A stretch of DNA of 63,884 bases, the filler included, from Olpidium bornovanus S191 (taxonomy: Eukaryota; Fungi; Olpidiomycota), in NCBI GenBank assembly GCA_017911155.1. It is 28 parts of 28 records of this genome, joined end to end, with 100 filler letters (N's around TTAATTAATTAA, not from the genome) between each part and the next. Parts side by side here need not be neighbours in the genome. Positions count along the whole stretch, not along the records: positions 33,841 to 37,694 come from JAEFCI010005201.1; positions 37,795 to 42,191 come from JAEFCI010008292.1; positions 42,292 to 44,688 come from JAEFCI010005563.1; positions 44,789 to 45,839 come from JAEFCI010010369.1; 24 more parts are not named here. One strand, 5' to 3'. The notes beneath the pieces are model-generated. The model had not been told where the DNA came from, ran no database searches, and saw only the letters and a program-made list of their open reading frames with translations. Shown here piece after piece: positions 34,414 through 45,248 of the stretch (positions are counted from its first letter, which is position 1; each line of letters opens with the position of its first letter). Position numbers and translations under genes: made by a program.

Positions 34414-36847
34414 TTACTTGTGGACGTGCCCGTCGGCCGCCGGCGTCGCACCGGCGGCCGCGGCGATGGGGATCGGCCAGACGGCGGCGTCGCCCGCCGG
34501 AAGCGCCGCCGCCGCCGCCGCCGCCGTCTCGACGGGAGCCTCAGATGCAGAAGGCGCGCCCGCTTCGGGCGTCGCCGGCGCCGCCGCCGCCGCCTCGACG
34601 GGAGCGTCTGATGCAGAAGGCGCGACCGCTTCGGGCGTGGCCGCCGCCGTTTCGACTGGAGCGTCTAATACAGAGGGCGCGCCCGCTTCGGGCGTGGCCG
34701 CCGCCGCTGCCGCCGTGTCGACGGCGGCGTCCGGTCCGGCGGCCTCGGCCTCGGCTTCGGCGGCGCCTTCGGTTGGCGTTGCCTCGGGCCCCGGGACAGT
34801 TTCGGTCGGGCCGGCCGCCTGGTCCGCGCCGGGCGCCGTTTCCTCGGCGGAAGCCGCCGCCTCGTCCCCGGGAACCGGCTCCACCGCGTCCGGGACGGCG
34901 GGGTCTTCGGGGAGGGCGCCATCCTCCGCGACCTCGCCGTCGCTCGGGGGGTCCGCCGGCGGCGTCTCGATGGCGGCTGCGCCGGCCGCGTAATCCGTCG
35001 GGGTTCCAGCTTCCGTGGCCGTTTCCTCGCTCACCGAACCCGACCCGGTCTCCGGCGCGGGAGTCTCCGGCGCTGATTCGGAAGCTTGGATTGCATCTGC
35101 CGTCGAGCTCCCGTCGCCTGCACTCCAGTCGTCGGCGCTTTTGTCCGCCGGGCTCCAGCTGTGTACCTCGCTCCCGTCATAGCCGGATTCGTGCCCGCCG
35201 TCGTTGGATTCGTGTCCGCTGTAGCTGGACTCGTCTCCGCTGTAGCTGGACTCGTCTCCGCTGTAGCTGAACTCGGCTCCGCCGTAGCTGGACTCGTGAC
35301 CGGCGTCGCTGGTCTCGCGTTCGCCGTAGCTGGTCTCGTGTCCACTGTAGCTGGATCCTTGCTTCCACCCACAGTTCCCGCTCTGGCACTTGTATCCGGA
35401 TTCGTATTCATTCGACCACGGGGTTTCCACCGCAGGATATTGGTAACCGTATCCCCCCCACTTGGACGTCGAGTAGTGCCCGTCAGGGGTCGTGATATCG
35501 CAGTCTTCGGTGACCGTGAAAGTGCACGTCGACTGGCAGGGGCGTGATCCGAGGGGAGGGGAAAGAAAATAATCTATGTCAGCGAAAACCCTGCCGCGCG
35601 GGGAAACAAAACCCTAACAAAAAAAAAAAACTTCTTACGGTCTGCGTCACGGTCTCGGTTTCGGTCAGGTGGACGACGGACGTCACCGTGTTGATGAACG
35701 TTTCGGCAACTTCGGCGTTCGTCTCAAACACGTGGGAGGTTTCGACAAGCGTTTTCACGACGTCCTCGGTGACCGTGACCGTCTCCACGTCCGTCTCGAC
35801 GAGCGTTTGCACTTCCGTGCAGAACTCGGTCGTCGGGACGTGCACGACGACCGTCGTGGGGACGTACCTGAACGAAGTGACGGGAAAGCGTTTGAACACT
35901 GTGGTGGGCTCAAGGACGGTCGTGGCCGCCGTCTCGAATTCCGTGCAGGTGACCGGCAGCTCGACGACCTGCTCTTCGGTGACCGTCTCGACGACAGTGG
36001 TCGGCACGGTCACGACGCTGGTCACCGGGAACTCCTCGGTGACGGTGCGGACGACGGTCACCTGGACAGTCTCGAACACCGGCACGGTCTCGGTGCGGGT
36101 GTTGTCGACGGTGATCGCGGAGGTCAACACGATGGTGGCCGGCTCGGCATCGGTGACGGTGACTTCGAAAGACTCGCTGACGGTGGTCGGCACGGCTTCG
36201 GTCACCGTCGCCGGCTCGGCGACGGTGTTCTGAACGGTCTCGGTGCGAGTGACGGTTTTCTGCGCGCTTTCCGTGACCGCCCACGTGACCGTCTCGCGGA
36301 CGGTTTCGGTGGTTCCTACGGGCTGGGTGACGGTTTCGGTGCAGGTCACAGTGCTGTCGACCGTCTCGGTGACATGCACGACCGACACGACCGTGGCGAC
36401 ATTGTCGCAGGTCGTTTGTCCTTTGTCGTATGTGTATCCTTTGTCGTACTTGCCGCCATAGCCGCCGTCGTGACCGCCGCCATAGCCGCCGCCATAGCCG
36501 CCGCCATATCCGCCGCCATAGCCGCCGCCATAGCCGCCGCCGTCCTTGGGCGAATGGCCGTAGGAGTCTCCGCTGCTGCCGTAGCCCTTCGCCGACGATC
36601 CGTACTGGTCACCTGCGTCGCGCGGAGGGTGGGAGGGACAATTCTTTTAAGCACAGGTCCTCGGTGGCGAGGCGGGACGCTGCCGGGAGGGAGAATAAAA
36701 AGGAGAAAGCCGAGAGGAAGGGAGGGGGGGGGACGCACCGCTGGCGACCTCACCGCGTTTCCACAACGGCGGGAGAGCGACGGGATTCGACAGGCCAGCA
36801 GGGGCGGAAGCCGCGATCAGGAAAACGATTGCAGCCTTCCCGACCAT
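34414..36847 (-). CDS. Complete secreted modular structural or adhesin-like protein, about 730 aa; exons 36847-36754, 36612-35639, 35532-34414
   Basis: Signal peptide MVGKAAIVFLIAASAPAGLS and LWKR site; both GT-AG introns join in frame; GGGY repeats, a ~270-aa T/V/E domain, SSYSGDE repeats, and acidic Ala-rich repeats. Confidence 0.85.
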
Positions 36848-37835
36848 TTTCTTTTTTTTTTTTTTTTGTTTTTTTTCGATTCGAAAAAACGGAGATCTTT
36901 GAGCCCATCGGTTTTTTTTTTTTTTTTTTACGCGCACGATTTTCGTTTGTGGAGACGCGAAAAACGTCTCGCGGCGGCCAAAAAAAAAAAAAAAAAAAAA
37001 AACACCCCCTACGGTTTACGCGGGTTCGTTCGGAAACGCCTGGTGTTTTTTTTTTTTTTTTGCAGCCCCGGGGTACGCGTCCGAGAGAAGGGGAGAGGGA
37101 GAGAAAGAAAGAACGAGCGGCTTCGAGGCCCTCGACAAACCGTTCGGTTCAAGAAAACGAAAGAAAAAAAAATGCGTGTGCGTTGTTTTTCGAGCCGGTG
37201 CGAAGTCGTGCGAAAAAGTCTCTCAGGCTGGTTGTGCGACGCGTCGAAAAAAAAAAAACGCGCGCGGAAGAGACGGGGCGGCGGTGCCCAGGGAACGAGG
37301 GTGTGGGTCGCGGCCGCAAGGGAGAACGGAGGGAGAAAGAAGGTGGCCGGCGTAGGGGAGCGAGGGATAGTGGGTAAAGTGGGAGAGGGAGAGAGGGGTT
37401 GGGGCGGGGGAGATGGGGAGAGCGGGGAGAACGTGGACGAGGAGCGTGCGCGTAATAAGGAAGAGAGAGAGAGAGGGGCCGGCCGTCCCGGGGAGGTGTT
37501 CGCGCGCGCGCGGAGATGGAGAGGGTGTAGGTGTGTGTTGGGGTGGGGGGGGGGGGGGGGGGGGTGGGGGGGGGGGGGGGAAGAGGTGGGGAAGCAAGAT
37601 GCGGGTAGAGATTTTGCCGGGGGAGAAAAAAAAATGAAAAATTAAAATTCCCCGTTTAATCCCCCCCAGAGTGAGGCGCGCAGGCAAACCGCCGNNNNNN
37701 NNNNNNNNNNNNNNNNNNNNNNNNNNNNNNNNNNNNNNTTAATTAATTAANNNNNNNNNNNNNNNNNNNNNNNNNNNNNNNNNNNNNNNNNNNNAATTTT
37801 CGGGGCCTCTGCTGACCGTTCCGATCACAATATTC

Positions 37836-37875
<40 letters not shown>

Positions 37876-39134
37876 ATTCCCCCAATTTTCATTACTTTTT
37901 GTTTTTCATTTTTTTTTTTTTTCTCGGGGACCCACCTGCCGCGGTTTTGTATGCGAGGCGGAGGAGCAAAGATTGGGACGGCGGGAACGGGCGTGAGTCA
38001 GGTTTCGGGGTTTGCTGGCGAAGATGCGAACTCGGACGCGCGCGGGAGGAAAATGGGGGGAGGAGGGGAGGGGGGAGGGGGGTTAGGGTTTAAGGTACAA
38101 AAGCAGTACGGAGTTCCTGGCAAGAATTAGCGTGGGGCGACAGAAAGGGGTGGGTCCGATCCCAACCGCTCACTTGACACTTGCGAATCGAAAATTATGC
38201 AAACGAACCGAAGTGCTCCGAAATTTATAGGTTCGCTTATGTGTCACGTGACCCGCCGCGTTCCGGAAAAAAAAAAAAAAAAGCGCCCCCGCCTCTTTCC
38301 TCCCCTTTTTTTTTCCCCCGCCCAGGGAAAGAAAGAAAGCCGCGCGACCGCCTCCGGACGCAAGCCTGCCAGAGAGAAAAGACACGCGCACCCGCCCCCG
38401 CACGCCCACGTCCGTCGCGCGTATCCGCCACACCGCGCCCCGAGGTGCGCCTTATCAACAGCCACCCCGCCCCCCCCTGGCAGGCAAAAGTCGCAGGCAA
38501 GTGTGACGCGTCCTTCTGCCGGCGGGCAAACCCGGGCCGCCGTACCTGTGCTGCGGCGTGCGTACAGTTCTGGAGGTCGACGCCGCAAGGGGCGTGTTGT
38601 TGCGTGCGCAACCTTTGACAGCTCTCCGGCCGGTCATTCCGCGCTGCCGAAGAGCGGGAAGGCGAAGGGGGGGGGCGCCGCCAAGGCTGCTCGCCTTCTC
38701 CGGTCGGTTGTCGCCCACTGCGAACGGCACCGAGTGGGACAAACGTACACTGTGCGTCGTTGGGGTACACTCTTGAGAGGCCAGGCGATTTTTCATCTGG
38801 CGGTTTATTCCGGAGCCGGATGCCAGCGCGTAGCTTTGCAAAGGTCTTTGCACTTTTGATCACTGCAAAAGCCAGCCCTTTTTCCAGCGGCCACCCCGGA
38901 ACTCTGTTAATGGATCGGTGCATTGCGTCCGAGGGCTGGCCCACGGCGGGTTGTCAAGTATACTTGCCCCTTATTGAATATGAACCATTACGCTAAAACC
39001 ACACCGCTCTTTGCCTGGATTTCCCTCGCTGTTCTCACTGCTGTACGTGCCGCCGGACCACTTCTTTTTTTGTTTGTTTGTTTTCCGCCCAATCTAAAAA
39101 GCCAACTCCCGATACGAGTACACGGGGCCGAGTC

Positions 39135-42100
39135 ATGGGCGCACGACCACGTCCCTGTGGGCGTCCCGCCGCCAGAAGGAGGTTGCCTTTCGTGACGGGA
39201 GCGGCCCTGCTGTTCGCGCTGCTAGCTGAACCTACACCGGCGGCCGGCGCAGGAGCCGCATCCCTGCACGGCATCCAGGTCGAACCGCGGCCGCTACCCT
39301 CAACGCTGGGCGTGCCTCCGCATCGTACGTCGGCGTCGCGGTCCCTCGTATTTCTCTTCTCCAACCGCGCGAGCTGGCACGACGGTGCTCCGGCCGGTAA
39401 CGCGCAGAACCGGTCGACCGAAGCGTTTTTTTTTTGCCGTCCTAACCCCTTCGTTGCACGCTTGGCTCCCCGGTCCCCGGGCCGCAAAACCCGCGCCCCC
39501 CGCACACGTCGAGTAGAACGCCACTTCTATGACTCTCAGGCAAGCGATACGTTCTCCTGCTTGGACGGCAAGAAGACCCTGCCGTGGTCGGCAGTCAACG
39601 ACGACTACTGCGATTGCGAAGACGGGTCCGACGAGCCCGGTCCGTATATTTCGCCGTGCGGTCACGCTGCTTCACGCTCTGGCGACGGGCGGCGGCGCGA
39701 TCGCTGGCGCACAATTTGACACGGCTTTTTCTGTGCAGGAACCTCTGCGTGCTCGAACGGGATATTTTATTGCGCCAACAAGGGCCATATACCCGGTTTT
39801 ACTTTGTCCTCAAGGGTCAACGACGGCGTATGTGGTGAGCAGGAAAAACCGGTCCGGCGCGTGACGACGCCGGCTCCGATCTTGCTCACATATTTGCGAC
39901 GGGCTTTCAGAGCCCGAATGTTGCGATGGCTCTGACGAGTACAGCGGCAGGGTGTCGTGTCCGGATACGTGCGCTGCACTTTCCGAAGAGTACAACCGAA
40001 ACCGGAAGAAGATCGTTGCCACGCAGCGTGCGGTAAGACAAATCAAGGGTAACTGGCTTCTGGGGGGGTTGTGGGGCGGGGGGGGAGGAGAGTTTGTGCC
40101 GACCCCTGGCTAGGTCGGCACTTCCTCACTTCTTGTAATCGCGCTGCCATCCTGGTTGGCTTCCGCGGCGAGAGGTTGCGTCAGGAGCGCAATGAGCTGA
40201 ATTGTTTTCTTCGCTGGGCACCGGGCAGGGATACGCGATAAGGCAAGAGTACGGCTCCAAGGGACGAAAGCTGAAAGCCGACCGACAAGCGGAAGTCGAG
40301 ATGCTGAAGGCCGAATTAGAGACGGCGAAGATGAATGTTGCTCGGGCGCAATGTGTGTTTCGCGTATCCTTACTCAATTTCAGCTAGTCTTCCGGCCACT
40401 TTGCCATGGCTCTGAATCGCGGCCGCTGCGCGTGTTCCGTCATTAGCCGCAAAGGAGCAAACGGAGAATGATGAGCAGGAACGAAAGGCCCTGCAGGGTA
40501 CGCGACTCCGGCTCGCAAACGGCCTATAATTCGAGATCCTCGCAGTCCGGTGACTTGTTTTGCGTCGGATGTCCTGGTTGCTGAACCTGTTTGCGGCGGA
40601 CTTTAGAGAGCAGCCAGTGCAAGTTTAAGAAAAACTTTGGCCGTTGCGTGGACCACCTCCGGCAGGCGGTGAACCGACTGCAAGAACACAGCGAGCAGAT
40701 CACCACCCTGCGCGGCCTCCTGAGCTCCATGAAGCGAGACCACAATCAAAACTACCATGATATGGCCGTCAAGGAGGCGATCAAGGGCTACGATGAGTTC
40801 GTAGACAAGCACCCCGATTTTCCGGAAGAGTCGAAGGATGCGATTGATGCAGAGCTTCTCGTTGCCATTGAGAACTTGGAAGCCGTGAAGGATAGCGTTG
40901 GGGCAGAGCAAGGTTCGTGCGAATTTGTCGCTGTCTATGAATTTTTCCTATTCGTTTCAGCATTTAACAAATCCATCCACGTAATGATCTATCCCCGTTC
41001 CGCTACCTCGTTGATCGCCCTGTGCCCAATCGTTCCTGGGTTGACCCGTTCCAAAACCGGGGCCCTCTGCGAAATTCGATGCAGGTGAGAATTCCCAGCC
41101 GGACGGTAGGAGTGAGGAGAATGAAAACGTTGGGTTCTCCTCTTGGGCGTTGGGTGTCGTCACAAGGCTGCAGGCCGCGGAGATCGTTACCCGGCCTTTT
41201 CAGTCGATCATGAGGTTTTTCACCGGAAACCGGTCGCCCAGTCTTTTGAGAGGCAGGTGATCGTAATGAGGATAGGGGAATTGAGAGATCGGCGAACCTG
41301 GCGTGCGGAACGAAACCGATAAGGCCAAAATCCGAATTGGGCTCCAGCCTTCTTCGATGCTCGCCTGTGTCGGCGACTTTGGCTGAAGGCGCGTTTCTGC
41401 GACTCCGCCTCTTCGTTTTCCAGATCCGGCGGCCGCGTCGTCGGCCCACTCCGCCGCCGTGAGCAAGCAGGCAGACATCGAACGAAAAATATCCGACCTC
41501 AACAAAAAGCTGGAGGTCGACTTCGGCAAGGACGAAGAATGGGCGGCGATCGATGGAGAGCAGGTTGAGAATACTTTCGGAAAGTAAGTCGTTCGGCGAG
41601 CGATGAAGTGCTTTTTGAGCTTTCGTTTTGGGGAAGAAGAGGGGCTAGCGAGAAATTTCTCGCGAAGATTGCCAACTTAGCAACTCTCACCGCTAGGTAT
41701 ACATACGAAATACATCTCTTCGGAGAGGCTTCGCAGAAGAGTAAGGACGGCGAGGTTGTTTCGATCGGGTTCGTATTCGATGCACTTCAGCCTTGGTTTT
41801 GGGACGGTTGCGGCGTTCGAAAGCGCGTCCGCTCATTGTTTCTGCACGTGCCGCGTGTTTCTCTGCAGCCGCTTCGCCTCCTGGGCTCCTGGGCTTGAAA
41901 AAGACGACCCGGCTTATTACCGGACCATGGTGTTTAAGGGCGGGGCCAGGTGCTGGAACGGGCCGGAAAGGTCTATCACGGTGAGGAACCCGAAGCCACG
42001 TTGTGGTGCTTTCCCCCCCCCCCCCCCCCTCGCCCATCTTTCTGACCGAGTTCGGTTTCGCTCGCCGCAAAAAAAAAAAAAAAGCTTTCGGTCGAGTGCG

Positions 42101-42191
42101 GCGCGCAAAACGGACTTGACGACGTTGCGGAGCCAGAAAAGTGCGAGTACACCGGCCGATTGCTCACGCCGGCAGCGTGCGATCCGGTGGT
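39135..42191 (+). CDS. GTB1: Glucosidase II beta subunit (PRKCSH/Gtb1), multi-exon, 3' partial
   Basis: Signal peptide; [40 protein letters not shown]...[16 protein letters not shown]; MRH-domain [15 protein letters not shown] and [16 protein letters not shown]. Confidence 0.95.
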
Positions 42192-43305
42192 NNNNNNNNN
42201 NNNNNNNNNNNNNNNNNNNNNNNNNNNNNNNNNNNTTAATTAATTAANNNNNNNNNNNNNNNNNNNNNNNNNNNNNNNNNNNNNNNNNNNNCATGAACAA
42301 ATTGTTTCACCCCATAGAGAGCTTTGTTAAACTTCCAGACGTTTTAGTTTCCTGATCATCGCATCAGCATCTGTGGTCTCAAACTTATTGATGAGGTACT
42401 TAATGTCATTCTCCTTGAAGACGTACTCAATGGTGCTCACGTCTACTTGGTTATGAAACCGTCGATGATACCAACTACGGCTTGCTGTAGATTCGCAGTT
42501 GTTTGGAGGAAGGCGGCGTATTAAAGGAGAATTTGCTTCAGTGAACAGATACATACTCGTATATTAGCTACATCTGCAATTTGGTAGATCTCATACCAGA
42601 TTACTACTACTATGCAAAAAGTACCAATATATGAGCTGAATTATTTACTAACTTGAGCACACATATATATTTTTTTGTTTTTTCGCCTTGGAAACGGGGC
42701 AGGATTTGCTTGCCAGAACGGAATGGCGGAGGGCGACAGCGTGCGAGCTTGGGGGCGGCGTCTCTTTTCCCGCCCCGCCCGATTGGGCCCGGCGAAGTCC
42801 CGCCCGCCCCGGCCGGAAGAACGAACAAACGGCTCAACGAGGACACACGTCTCCAATACCTCCCTTTCCTTCCTCCCCTGTCCGCCCCCCGCCCTCCCGC
42901 CCCGCCGCCCTGCTGCCCGCCGCCCTGCTGCCCGCCGCGTCCGCCGAACCGCACATAGAACAGAAAGGACCGTCGTGCGAATAACGCGGCCGTCTGCCCT
43001 GCGGGCGGTGGCGAGTTGCAACGCTCCGACTGCCCGTTCTGAAATTGGAGCCCGGCCTATCTCCGCACGGACGAGGGGGAGTGGGCGGGGAAGCGGGGAG
43101 GGGGACGGGCGGTGGGGGCGGGGGAAGGGACCTCGCGCTAGGGGACTACTATTGGTCGCCGTTAATTCCTCGGCAACCAGCTTCGCACCAGGTCAGCAGA
43201 CCACGCACGGTGCGGATCGCGTCGGCTGCGACAGACGCATTCTGCGGTGTTAGCGCGCGGGAGGACTCTTTGGGGTCTGTGTCCGCCCTGTGACCCAGGC
43301 TCAAG

Positions 43306-44607
43306 ATGAGTGACATCACCGAGAGGATAGCGGCGGCACGCAAGGAGGCCGACGCGCTCAAGGAAAAAATCAAGGCCAAAAAGGACGCCTTGGCGGACAC
43401 GACACGTACGTATTTCTGCCTGCGCGGGGGCGCACTACTTGCTCGCATATCCTTTGCTCTAGTCCAACTTGGCGTTCAACTTGGTCTGGATGCTTGAAAT
43501 TCCCTTGTGACTTTCAAAATCTTCATTATGTTGGTTCCTGATTTCAGGCCCGTTGCTCTTGAAACGTAACCGTCTTAGTGAAATCCGTCGCCGCGGAATT
43601 GGAACCGCTTCCGCGGATTGTCATGAAGGTTCGGAGAACTCTCAAGGGCCACCTGGCTAAAATCTACGCCATGCACTGGGCGTCGGACAAGCGGCACCTC
43701 GTCTCGGCTTCACAGGACGGCAAGCTGATTGTGTGGGACGCATATACGATGAATAAGGTGCACGCCATCCCCTTGCGCTCCTCCTGGGTCATGACCTGCG
43801 CATACGCGCCATCGGGTTCATTTGTCGCTTGCGGCGGCCTCGACAATATCTGCTCCGTCTACAACCTCAAGATAAAAGAGGGCGCGGTCAAAGTTGCGCG
43901 AGAGCTCAACGCACACACGGGGTACTTGTCCTGCTGCAGGTTCATATCTGACCGGCAGATCCTGACTTCGTCTGGAGACATGAGCTGTATGTTGTGGGAC
44001 ATTGACGCGGGCGTGAAGTCTCTCGAATTTACGGATCACACTGGTGACGTCATGAGGTGAGCGTCATATGTAGTCTGATCCTCGCTTTTGTGCCGCCGGC
44101 GTCTCTCTTAACTTGCCGGATTTCGGTCTGCGGTCGCGGGTTCTGCTTCAAACATGTTTTAGCCTCTCTCTTTCACCCGACAAGAACATTTTTGTCTCGG
44201 GCGCATGCGACGCCACGGCCAAGGTCTGGGACATACGCACGGGGCGGTGCGTCCAAACGTTTACGGGCCACGAGTCGGACATCAACGCCGTGCAGTTCTT
44301 CCCGGACGGCAACGCGTTCGCCACGGGCTCGGACGACGCCAGTTGCCGCCTGTTCGACCTGCGGGCGGACCGTGAGTTAAACCAGTATACCCACGACAAT
44401 ATCCTTTGCGGCATCACGTCGGTCGCATTCTCGGTCTCCGGCCGGCTGCTCTTCGCCGGCTACGATGATTACAATTGCAAAGTGTGGGACACACTAAAGG
44501 GCGAGAGCGTCGGTGTTCTCGCGGCGCATGATAATCGCGTCTCTTGCCTCGGCGTTAGCACTGACGGCATGGCGCTGTGCACCGGGAGCTGGGACAGCCT
44601 GTTAAAA
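43306..44607 (+). CDS. GPB1: Heterotrimeric G-protein beta subunit; exons 43306-43405, 43579-44056, 44163-44607; last exon beyond contig end
   Basis: [83 protein letters not shown] and [10 protein letters not shown]. Confidence 0.98.
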
Positions 44608-45228
44608 GTATGTCTGCGAGGCTGCCGGAGAGCTGTCGTGATTTGTTTATGTTTTGGGAGTTGCGCGCTTCGCATCGCTGACGTTTTCNNNNNNNNNNNN
44701 NNNNNNNNNNNNNNNNNNNNNNNNNNNNNNNNTTAATTAATTAANNNNNNNNNNNNNNNNNNNNNNNNNNNNNNNNNNNNNNNNNNNNTCGCCGAGAAGC
44801 AGCAAGGCGCGATGGGCGGCTGGCTGACGGCCGCAAACGGACGCTCCCCCCGGCTGAGCCGGGTGGGCCCGAGGGCCTGCGCAAGCGGCAGCGACTCGAG
44901 CCCCCGTAGTCTCCGGCCCTTCCCCTGACCCCGCCTCCTCTCTTCCTCGACCTTGTCCCCGTTATAGCCTCCGCCCTCCGCCCCCGTTCCCTCCACCCCC
45001 GCTACACCCCCCGCTCCAGTCCCCACCTGTTCCCGCCTCCCCCAGACCCTGCCCTCTCCAGAACCCGCCTTCTCCAGATCCCGCCTTCCTCCGCACGCGG
45101 GGCCTTCGGCCCCGCCAGATAATTACAGATACATGCGCGAGGGCCTCCGACCCTCGCTACAGATTGTACTAAGATAGCGCGCGCCGGGCGGCCTAACGGC
45201 CGCCGGCTCTTGGTAATAAAGCGAGTTC

Positions 45229-45248
45229 AACCCTAACCCTAACTCTAA
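45229..45248 (+). repeat. Telomere-type repeat AACCCTAACCCTAAC followed by a CTCTAA variant, at a GC-rich to AT-rich transition
   Basis: Direct reading; AATAAA lies at 45215-45220. Confidence 0.6.

Noticed and set aside
35669-37645. 658-aa plus-strand ORF, and similar shadows at 34319-34993 and 48770-49810
   Set aside because: These are antisense or alternate-frame shadows of GC3-rich genes whose splice sites and signal peptide support the other frame.
38084-38092. Single TTAGGG as a telomeric remnant
   Set aside because: One hexamer in a G-rich tract is expected by chance.
38170-39050. Several 70-235 aa ORFs upstream of GTB1
   Set aside because: No recognisable domains or consistent splice pattern; they are expected by chance in GC-rich DNA.
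12998-44607. Ras2, RasGEF and G-beta as a signalling gene cluster
   Set aside because: They lie on different contigs joined artificially; there is no evidence of linkage.
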